A DNA stretch of 63,182 nucleotides from an uncultured Candidatus Saccharibacteria bacterium (GTDB lineage: Bacteria > Patescibacteriota > UBA1384 > DATEAH01 > CAYPSR01), in assembly GCA_964413595.1 (NCBI GenBank), contig CAYPSR010000001.1, positions 1-63,182 on the forward strand. Direction: 5' to 3'. A model generated the notes under the pieces. That model saw only the letters and a program-made list of their open reading frames with translations, was not told the DNA's origin and searched no databases. The position numbers were made by a program, and so were the translations under genes. Positions within the stretch are counted from its first letter, which is position 1. Each line of letters opens with the position of its first letter. Shown here in pieces: positions 9,261 to 16,559 of the stretch.

Positions 9261-9321
9261 TACTGCGAAGTATGATAGTAAAAAAACATTTTTTGTTTTC
9301 CATACTTGCAAGTACGCAAGT
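9261..9321. repeat. pair of operator-like elements (tactgcgaagtatgatagt and ccatacttgcaagtacgcaagt) shared with the YerC-like locus
   Basis: 9300-9321 is identical to 1784-1805. 9261-9279 matches 2134-2160 minus the central cttgca. Lies 27-90 nt upstream of the 9234 start. Confidence 0.75.
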
Positions 9322-9341
9322 GAAAAAATGTCTTGTTATAA

Positions 9342-9863
9342 TTATTTATAAAATTTTGGCATTATATCAAATCTTTCCTTTGCCAAACGATCAGCTAGTT
9401 TTTGATTTTCTTCATCAATCTTACCAACAAAATCTTTATATTCTTGACTCAATATTGATTCTTGTAAAAGTCCAGTAAACGATCTATTCCTTCCTTGAAC
9501 CAGTGTGGCCATTGTTAAAATAAATTGTCTAACTGCTTTTTTTCTATCATCAGACCATTCAGCGCCCTCTTCGATTAATCTGGATAGCATGATAAGCATT
9601 AGTTCTTCGGGACTATACATTTCTTCATGCTTTTTTTCAACAACTTCAACCACTTTTTCAACATATTCTTTCGGAGCATAATTTTCTAATCTGGTTTTTA
9701 ATTCCTCAGATCTTTCTACTGCCTGTTGATATCTTTCTCTGTCTACTTTCCTTAAATTTTCCATAACTAATTCAAATTCCCTAGATGCTTCAGTTAATTC
9801 ACCTGAAGATTGAACTTCATAATATCCAGGACCCTCGCCAAAACCTTCACCGCCAAAATTCAT
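9342..9863 (-). CDS. hypothetical acidic helical protein of atypical composition
   Basis: 173 aa; 'MNFGGEGFGEGPGYYE' N-terminus; AGGAG 6 nt upstream of the ATG. Confidence 0.6.
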   Translation of the reverse strand: MNFGGEGFGEGPGYYEVQSSGELTEASREFELVMENLRKVDRERYQQAVERSEELKTRLENYAPKEYVEKVVEVVEKKHEEMYSPEELMLIMLSRLIEEGAEWSDDRKKAVRQFILTMATLVQGRNRSFTGLLQESILSQEYKDFVGKIDEENQKLADRLAKERFDIMPKFYK

Positions 9864-9901
9864 AATAACTCCTAACTAATATTAATTCTTTTCATACCCA
9901 A

Positions 9902-9930
9902 ATTATACACCTTTTGAGCGTAAAATTCAA
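9902..9930 (-). promoter_or_regulatory. sigma-70-type promoter TTGAAT-17-TATAAT
   Basis: Minus sense: TTGAATTTTACGCTCAAAAGGTGTATAAT. Near-duplicate of the promoter at 10647-10675. Confidence 0.6.
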
Positions 9931-9975
9931 TTAAATGAGTCTATTAAAGTTATAAAGTTCGTAAAGTTTATTTAC

Positions 9976-10299
9976 CTATGCATTAACCCTGGCTGCATAA
10001 GTAAACGCATAAAAATAATTTTCCCAAGATTTTTTAGTAGATTTATAATTATTATCAAAAAAATAATCAACCAACATTTCTCTCATCCTGCACAGTTCTT
10101 TTAATCTATTGGCATTTTTTAAATCAGAAATCGTAAAATCAATTAACTCTAAAGCTCTTTCAAAAGCCAAGTCAGAATATTTCCTATTTTTTTCTTTCCA
10201 ATTTAAAAACCTAAAAACCTCACTACCAATATTTGCCATTTGTTTTAGAAACGACTGTTCTTGCCATTTACCTTTTGCAAGGTTTTTGTGATAGTTCAT
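9976..10299 (-). CDS. hypothetical helical protein; second gene of a two-gene cassette
   Basis: 107 aa. Start overlaps the upstream stop (ATGA at 10296-10299). Confidence 0.55.
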   Translation of the reverse strand: MNYHKNLAKGKWQEQSFLKQMANIGSEVFRFLNWKEKNRKYSDLAFERALELIDFTISDLKNANRLKELCRMREMLVDYFFDNNYKSTKKSWENYFYAFTYAARVNA

Positions 10300-10640
10300 T
10301 TTACAACCAATTTATTAGTTATACTAATTATTATTTTTTGAATTTTTAAATCATCAACCGAGCGCGTTCTATTATTTTGAGATGGTCGAAGATTTATCAT
10401 TGAGTCAAATTCAACAAAATCTTTTTTACCATATAACTCTGGATATAAATTTATTCCCCAAAGATTTTTCTGCTTTGATCCTTTTTTTAAAAGTAGCTGC
10501 TCTTCGTCTGAATGAAGTTCTGCATTAACAACCATAATTCCTTTTTCAATATCAACAACTACCTTAATAAGAGTTCCAAACATTTTTTTTGACATTTGTT
10601 TAAGTTCAGATATCTGAACTTGTTTTTTAATTATTTTCAT
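10296..10640 (-). CDS. hypothetical protein (resembles the DUF5674-type family, from memory)
   Basis: 'VVDIEKGIMVVNAELHSDEEQLLLKKGSKQKNLWGINLYP'. The ATG is only 6 nt after a TATAAT. Confidence 0.55.
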   Translation of the reverse strand: MKIIKKQVQISELKQMSKKMFGTLIKVVVDIEKGIMVVNAELHSDEEQLLLKKGSKQKNLWGINLYPELYGKKDFVEFDSMINLRPSQNNRTRSVDDLKIQKIIISITNKLVVK

Positions 10641-10646
10641 ATCTAA

Positions 10647-10675
10647 ATTATACGCCTTTCAAACGTTAAATTCAA
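10647..10675 (-). promoter_or_regulatory. sigma-70-type promoter TTGAAT-17-TATAAT giving an apparently leaderless mRNA
   Basis: Minus sense: TTGAATTTAACGTTTGAAAGGCGTATAAT followed by TTAGAT then ATG. Confidence 0.6.
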
Positions 10676-10754
10676 TTAAAAACGATAGATGAGATCCTTC
10701 GACTGTGTCTCAGGATGACGCAAGCGTCAGGAGATCAAAAATCTCTAATTTTAG

Positions 10755-11852
10755 CTATTCTTCTGCTAATCTAAACTTCCACATAGCAATAAAGAAAAAC
10801 ACAATTATCCAACCAACAACAATTAAAATATTTATAGGATTTTCAAATGGAGTTTTTGCCTCAAGTGCTACGGCTCTAAGCATTCTAAGAAGTGGCGCCA
10901 ATGGTAAAAATTGGACTATTGAATAAAGCCAGTGAGGCAAAGCATCAATTGGAAAAAATACACCAGCCAAAAACATCATTGGAATTGAAATTGTCTGAGC
11001 CATTCCTTCTGCTGCACTTGTAGATTTTACTAGTGATGCAATCATAAAACCCATCATCTGAAAAAGTATTGCTCCAATTAATGCAAACAAATACAAAAGC
11101 CAATAACTTCCAGTAACATGCGCCTTAAAAAACAACACTGCCACAAGCAAAATAATTGAAACCTGTAAGAAATTTTGTAGTAATCTTGAAAGCACTTCAG
11201 CTGTTATAAATTTTGAGGTTTTGAGTGGTGTCGTGGTAATTCTTTTCAATATTTGATCTTCTCTATATTTTGTCATTCCAATTGCAAGTCCCATAATTGA
11301 AGAGTTCATAAGTGCTAAACCTATTAAACCAATTAAAACAAAATCAAAATAATTGATAGTTTTATCAGATGACTTTTCTTCTATAATTGAAAACGTTGGT
11401 TTAATATTATTTATTTTATAATCGACTTGCGTGAGGTATGTATTTAAAAAACCAACAAGGGTTGAATTAACCTGAGCGCTCGCTGGATCTTCGATGATTG
11501 TTATCTGCCCCCCTTGTTTTGATGTTAAGTTACCAAAATCCTCTGGAATCAAAAGCCCTGCTGAAATTTGGCTTTTTCTCATTGATTCTTTAATTTCATC
11601 AACGCTATCTTTATTTTGAATTTTAAAAACCCCAGCTGATTCAATGGTTTTTTCCAATCCATTTGCAATTTCAGTATTAGATTCTTTTACTATTCCAATT
11701 GTTCCAACGCTCGCATTTGAACCGCCAAAAAAGAATCCAAAAATTATTGTAAAAAACAATGGAAAAGCAAGACTCCAAAAAAGAGCTTGTTTATTTCTAA
11801 GTAACATTTTTATATCAGCATAAAATAATTTAAACATTTTCCTCCTCCTCAA
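10755..11852 (-). CDS. ABC-2 type transporter permease
   Basis: Six C-terminal TM helices and a large N-terminal loop. The start may be Met6 (11837). Confidence 0.8.
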   Translation of the reverse strand: MRRRKMFKLFYADIKMLLRNKQALFWSLAFPLFFTIIFGFFFGGSNASVGTIGIVKESNTEIANGLEKTIESAGVFKIQNKDSVDEIKESMRKSQISAGLLIPEDFGNLTSKQGGQITIIEDPASAQVNSTLVGFLNTYLTQVDYKINNIKPTFSIIEEKSSDKTINYFDFVLIGLIGLALMNSSIMGLAIGMTKYREDQILKRITTTPLKTSKFITAEVLSRLLQNFLQVSIILLVAVLFFKAHVTGSYWLLYLFALIGAILFQMMGFMIASLVKSTSAAEGMAQTISIPMMFLAGVFFPIDALPHWLYSIVQFLPLAPLLRMLRAVALEAKTPFENPINILIVVGWIIVFFFIAMWKFRLAEE

Positions 11853-12765
11853 CTTCTATCTTTTTTCCAGTCAATTGGATAAATAAGTCTTCAAGGCTTG
11901 CCCTGTGAAGTGTAAAATACTGAGGATTATTTTTCTCAACAAGATGTAAAACTTTTTGAAGATCAGCCTTATTATCAAGTTTTATTTCATATTGTTTCTT
12001 TTTTGAGTTTATCTCTTCAACCATTCCGCATCCACACTCCTCTATTTTTTGCCTTTTGTTTTCAGTTAACCCGCTATCAACAAATTGAATTCTATAAGAA
12101 ACATCAACTAGATCAATTAATTTCTCAGTTTTATCCATTGCTAAAATTTTACCTTTTTCCATAATCGCAATCCTATCACAAAGATATTCTGCTTCTTCCA
12201 TATAGTGAGTTGTCAAAATTATTGTTTTTCCTTGAATTCTAATTTTATTAATTAAATCCCACAAGTTTCTTCTCGCAAGTGGATCTAAACCTGTGGTTGG
12301 TTCATCTAAAAATACAATTTCTGGATCATTAACTAAACTAGCAATAATAGAAAATCTTTGTTTTTGACCACCCGAAAGTTGGTTAATTCTTGAATTCGAT
12401 TTTTCTTCCAAATGAACCATTTTCAAAAGATCCATGCTGTTTAAACTTTTACTATAGAAGCTTCCAAAAAGATCAAGTATTTCTTCAAGTTTTAAGAAAT
12501 TATAATACGCTGAAGATTGAAGTTGAACACCGATCATTTCTTTAATTTGGTTTTTATGAGTCCCATAGTTATATCCGGAGATTTTTATTTTTCCAGATGT
12601 TGGCTTCCGTAAACCTTCGATTATTTCTAAAGTTGTGGTCTTTCCGGCTCCGTTTTCACCAAGCAAACCAAAAACTTCATTTTTATAAACATCAAAACTT
12701 ATGCCATCCACGGCATTTAAGTTTTTATATTTTTTGACTAGGTTTTTAACTTCAATGGTTTTCAT
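11830..12765 (-). CDS. ABC transporter ATP-binding protein
   Basis: Walker A 'GENGAGKTT', signature 'LSGGQKQR', Walker B 'VFLDEPTTGLD'. Confidence 0.93.
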   Translation of the reverse strand: MKTIEVKNLVKKYKNLNAVDGISFDVYKNEVFGLLGENGAGKTTTLEIIEGLRKPTSGKIKISGYNYGTHKNQIKEMIGVQLQSSAYYNFLKLEEILDLFGSFYSKSLNSMDLLKMVHLEEKSNSRINQLSGGQKQRFSIIASLVNDPEIVFLDEPTTGLDPLARRNLWDLINKIRIQGKTIILTTHYMEEAEYLCDRIAIMEKGKILAMDKTEKLIDLVDVSYRIQFVDSGLTENKRQKIEECGCGMVEEINSKKKQYEIKLDNKADLQKVLHLVEKNNPQYFTLHRASLEDLFIQLTGKKIEVEEEENV

Positions 12766-12999
12766 TTATTGTAATTTCTTTAATTGTCTTTTTATGCTTT
12801 CTGTCTTTTTGATCATTTTTTCAATAAATTTCGAAACATTATCTGCTTTAACAGCCATAAAGCCAGATTCTTTTGGTAAAGACAAAAATATCAGTTTTTC
12901 ACCTGATTTTATATTAATTTTTTTTCTCGCTTGTTTAGGTATAGCAACCTGGCCCCTTTCGCCAACTGTACCAACTCCTAAAAATTTTTTGTCAAACAT
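12766..12999 (-). CDS. AbrB/SpoVT-type DNA-binding protein
   Basis: 'GERGQVAIPKQARKKINIKSGEKLIF' swapped-hairpin motif. Trimmed to the in-frame ATG (12997-12999); the track start at 13038 is a TTG. Confidence 0.65.
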   Translation of the reverse strand: MFDKKFLGVGTVGERGQVAIPKQARKKINIKSGEKLIFLSLPKESGFMAVKADNVSKFIEKMIKKTESIKRQLKKLQ

Positions 13000-13061
13000 G
13001 ATTTTATTCTTAATTACAAAGTATAAAATACCATACAATATATGATTTAGAGTACTTCATA

Positions 13062-13091
13062 AGTATAAACCTTAAAATAATTCTTTGTCAA
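13062..13091 (-). promoter_or_regulatory. promoter TTGACA-18-TATACT for the AbrB-ABC operon
   Basis: tgtcaa at 13086-13091 and agtata at 13062-13067 on the plus strand. Confidence 0.45.
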
Positions 13092-13107
13092 TAGTTGAGA
13101 TAAAAAA

Positions 13108-13154
13108 CCTGGCTGGCGAGACTTGAACTCGCGACCTCCGGACCACCAGCCCAG
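13108..13154 (-). other. orphan tRNA-like 3' half (anticodon-arm-like, AGGTC variable loop, T arm GCGAG-TTCAAGT-CTCGC, acceptor 3' strand) followed by T6; may double as an intrinsic terminator
   Basis: Minus sense: CTGGG-CTGGTGG-TCCGG-AGGTC-GCGAGTTCAAGTCTCGC-CAGCCAGG-TTTTTT. No matching 5' acceptor strand or D arm within 100 nt. Confidence 0.4.
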
Positions 13155-13255
13155 GGCCCCGTGCAAATATTAATGAATGTTCCGACTATGAATACCCGCC
13201 CCGTTGTTAATTATTATAATAAAATAATGAATATTGATAGATAATAAATCCGGAA

Positions 13256-14674
13256 TTAATTAATCTTTGCAAAAAATCCCTTGTCTAAATCTAGTAAAAT
13301 TTTATCCCCATCTTTTAGTATTTGCGTAGCATTTTTTGTTGCTATTAAGCAAGGAACCCCCAACTCTCTGGAAACAATTGCTGCATGAGACAATATTCCT
13401 CCTTCATCTGTAATTATCGCCTTAGCTTTTTTCATTGCTGGAACTAAATCATAATTAGTTGCAATAGAAACCAAGATATCGCCTTGTTTCATTTTTATTA
13501 TGTCTTCTGAAGAAATGATTAATTTAACTTTACCCCTAATAATTTTCTGCTTATCTATCGATGCAATGGTTCCAAAGATCTTTTTTTTACTTGTTTCTAT
13601 CACCTTGCGTTCATTTTCTTTTGGGTAATCGAAATGATTCCCGATTAACCTTACAGAAAAATATTCTTTTCTCTTTAATATCTTGTTATTGTTAACCTGA
13701 ATATCATTTTTAATTAATTCTTGTATTTCTGAGATTTTATAATCTTTTAATTGTTCTAACGGAATGTTTTTTTCTTTTGATAGTACCAGTAAAAACATTT
13801 GAAAACTAACAACAATTAAGCTAATTTTAGATTTTCTCCAATCTCTCAGCAATGCCATTTCACCAGCGATTTTTGAATAATATTTTATTTTTTTATTTTT
13901 ATGCTGTTTAAGTATTTTTTCTTTCTCTTTTTTAATTTTATTTAATGGAAGTTTTGTTTTTTTAATCTTGTCTTGAATTGATTTTTGTGTATTTTTGCCG
14001 TACTCTTTGAAAACTAAATTAGCGAAATGCTCCTGATTCCAGGGTTTTCCAGAAATATCAACAGGCAGGGCATAATATTTTGCAAATAATGTTGCGATGG
14101 TTTTTTGAACATCTTGTTTTTTTGAGAATTCTTTAAAACTTAACTTTTTCTTGTATTTTTTAATTAACTTCTGAGATGAAATTAAAACATCAAGGTTATA
14201 ATTACCAAAGAATGTTAATTCTTCTGGTTGAGAAAGTGTATTAATTAATTTGGTTAATGTGTTCTGTGGCCCTATTTCTTTTGCGATTAAAGACGAGATA
14301 ACACTTTCAAATGGTCCGAGAAAAACTCCTAAAATTATTTCTGAATTTTTTAAAAGGATATTTAGGTTTTTACTATGACTATTTTTAGCACTTATTGTTA
14401 TTAAATGATTAGTTATTCTTTTTTTAGCTAAATTGACAAATTCAGTTTCATTTTTTAATATATTCTCAGCTCTTTTTTCCATCTTTTGCCAATAATTTAC
14501 ACCAAATTCCCATTTCAAAATATTATCTTTAACTATAACTCTACTTACTGGTTTAATCTTTTGAAAAACATCCTTAGATAAGGATTTGGTTGTATATGAA
14601 AATAAATCAGCCATCAATGCTGAATTTATATTTTTTGTTTGAAAAAGACGCCACTTCATTTTAGTTCTTTTCAT
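13256..14674 (-). CDS. PEP-utilizing-enzyme mobile (phosphohistidine swivel) domain protein with a novel Lys-rich helical N-terminal region
   Basis: C-terminal 'ITDEGGILSHAAIVSRELGVPCLIATKNATQILKDGDKI'. No ATP-grasp or TIM-barrel motifs seen. Confidence 0.8.
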   Translation of the reverse strand: MKRTKMKWRLFQTKNINSALMADLFSYTTKSLSKDVFQKIKPVSRVIVKDNILKWEFGVNYWQKMEKRAENILKNETEFVNLAKKRITNHLITISAKNSHSKNLNILLKNSEIILGVFLGPFESVISSLIAKEIGPQNTLTKLINTLSQPEELTFFGNYNLDVLISSQKLIKKYKKKLSFKEFSKKQDVQKTIATLFAKYYALPVDISGKPWNQEHFANLVFKEYGKNTQKSIQDKIKKTKLPLNKIKKEKEKILKQHKNKKIKYYSKIAGEMALLRDWRKSKISLIVVSFQMFLLVLSKEKNIPLEQLKDYKISEIQELIKNDIQVNNNKILKRKEYFSVRLIGNHFDYPKENERKVIETSKKKIFGTIASIDKQKIIRGKVKLIISSEDIIKMKQGDILVSIATNYDLVPAMKKAKAIITDEGGILSHAAIVSRELGVPCLIATKNATQILKDGDKILLDLDKGFFAKIN

Positions 14675-15350
14675 TATTTAAAAAACAAAAACTATAACCT
14701 GTACAATATTCATAAGGAGGCATTTTAACAATATCTTCTAGTGGTCTTTGTTCTAATACAAATTTTACAGCTGTTAGCATCATACCGTGTGAAATTATTA
14801 AGATATTACTGGAATTATGTTTTTCAGATAATTTTTCTAGGTTTTTGATGGCTTCTTCGGCTTTCTGTCTGATTGCATCGGGCTGTCTCTCAATCCAAAT
14901 GCTAAGTACCCTTCTAAAAAAAGGCCTTACTTCTTCGGCACTGACTTTTTCAGAATCTTTCCTTTCGTTTCTTGTTTCTTTAAATGCTTGCATTATAGAT
15001 TCCTTATCTGGTGTCAACTCTGAAAGGCTTTCCATTTCTTCGACCGGAATTTCTAGCCCAGTATTTTTTTGAATTTCTTGAGCAAAAACCATTGCAGTAT
15101 CTCCAGTTCTTTTGAATGGACTTACTACTATTAAATCTGGTTTAATTTCTTTTTCCTGTAACTCTTTAGCAACACCTTCTGCAATCCCAACGCCCTTTTC
15201 TGTTATTCCTGTGTTTTCAGTTGTTCCTTGTTCAAATATTTCAATAATTTCTTCAAGTGTTTTTGGTTCCTGAAAAAGATTTAAATATTCCGGTTCGCTA
15301 TGCCTAATTAAATAAAGACCTGATTCTTTTGGCCGTGATAAATTTTCCAT
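14661..15350 (-). CDS. histidine phosphatase superfamily (branch 1) protein
   Basis: 'LYLIRHSEPEY' (RH motif) and 'ILIISHGMM'. AGGAG upstream. Confidence 0.75.
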   Translation of the reverse strand: MENLSRPKESGLYLIRHSEPEYLNLFQEPKTLEEIIEIFEQGTTENTGITEKGVGIAEGVAKELQEKEIKPDLIVVSPFKRTGDTAMVFAQEIQKNTGLEIPVEEMESLSELTPDKESIMQAFKETRNERKDSEKVSAEEVRPFFRRVLSIWIERQPDAIRQKAEEAIKNLEKLSEKHNSSNILIISHGMMLTAVKFVLEQRPLEDIVKMPPYEYCTGYSFCFLNNEKN

Positions 15351-15365
15351 AATTACTCCTAAGAT

Positions 15366-16370
15366 TTATTTTGATAATAATTTAACATATCCTTTATCCG
15401 CATTAACTTCTACTATATCACCATCTTTCAAAACTTGAGTTGCAATTTTCGTAGCAATAACACAAGGTTTTCCCATTTCTCTTGCAATAATTGCTGCGTG
15501 ACAAGTTATCCCTCCCTCATCTGTTACAAATGCGGCTGCTCGGTGCATTGCCGGAACATATTTAGGCATCGTCATAGAAGCAACTAAAATATCTCCTTTA
15601 TTTACTTTTGAAATTTGTTTAGAAGAATTAATCACTCTAACAATCCCTGTAACACACCCCATCATTGCTGTTCTACCAAAAAATTTTTTGACTTTATTTT
15701 TGGGCAATTCTAATTGAATCTCTAATTTTTGCAAATTTTTCTTGTTGCTTCCTGTATATATTTTACCTTGATAAAAGATATAATTTTTACGGTTTTGTAT
15801 TTCATTAATTTTTAATTTGTTTGTAAATAATTCCTCCGGAAGTATCAATGCCCAATATTTTTTGTAGTCTTTATAATTTGTTGTAATATATTGTTTAAGA
15901 ATTGTTTCAAATGATTCATTAAATTCTTGTGTTTCTTTGCGAGCTTTATATGCTTTCTCTTTTAAATATTTATCTAATGTTGTTATTTCAGGAATAACAA
16001 AAACAAAAACAGTCAATGCATAGAATTCAATATAAATATTAAATATTTTTTTAAGTTCTATATTATTTTTTGGATTTTTTTTGTTATTAAAATAAGGCTT
16101 AAGCTCTTTAAATAATAAAAGAAATTTATTAATCAAATTTAAAGTCTGTTTTCTATTTTTTGAATAACTTTCTATCAATTTATATATATTTGATTGGAAA
16201 TCAATAGGATAATAAACATCAATCATTTTTGAGTTTTTCTTTTTTAACATAAGCATCTTATCTAAATCTTTTCCGAATAACTTTTTTAAGTAACCACCAA
16301 ACATTAAATACCAAGTAAAGACGCGAAATAGTGAATATTCTCTTGAATGTTCTCTGACTAATTTTTTCAT
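15366..16370 (-). CDS. PEP-utilizing-enzyme mobile domain protein (second paralogue)
   Basis: 'VTDEGGITCHAAIIAREMGKPCVIATKIATQVLKDGDIV'. Trimmed to Met14 because TATAATTTAGAT-ATG (TATAAT at 16377-16382) repeats the leaderless arrangement seen at 10640. Confidence 0.8.
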   Translation of the reverse strand: MKKLVREHSREYSLFRVFTWYLMFGGYLKKLFGKDLDKMLMLKKKNSKMIDVYYPIDFQSNIYKLIESYSKNRKQTLNLINKFLLLFKELKPYFNNKKNPKNNIELKKIFNIYIEFYALTVFVFVIPEITTLDKYLKEKAYKARKETQEFNESFETILKQYITTNYKDYKKYWALILPEELFTNKLKINEIQNRKNYIFYQGKIYTGSNKKNLQKLEIQLELPKNKVKKFFGRTAMMGCVTGIVRVINSSKQISKVNKGDILVASMTMPKYVPAMHRAAAFVTDEGGITCHAAIIAREMGKPCVIATKIATQVLKDGDIVEVNADKGYVKLLSK

Positions 16371-16559
16371 ATCTAAATTATAACAAAAAATAGACAAAAA
16401 TGCGAACACAAATTATAAAGACTCCCCTGAAGTTAATCCCGACCTACCAGTAAATAGCTATACTCCAATATATCTTTATAACAATAGATAATATTTCCCT
16501 TTTCCAAGCTTTTGCATTTTATCTATATTGGCGTATAATAAAAATATAAGCCAATTACT

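Noticed and set aside
13108-13210. Complete tRNA or tmRNA gene
   Set aside because: Only the anticodon-arm-like, variable, T-arm and 3' acceptor parts can be drawn. No complementary 5' acceptor strand or D arm exists before the neighbouring CDS, and a tmRNA body would have to overlap the conserved swivel-domain coding sequence.
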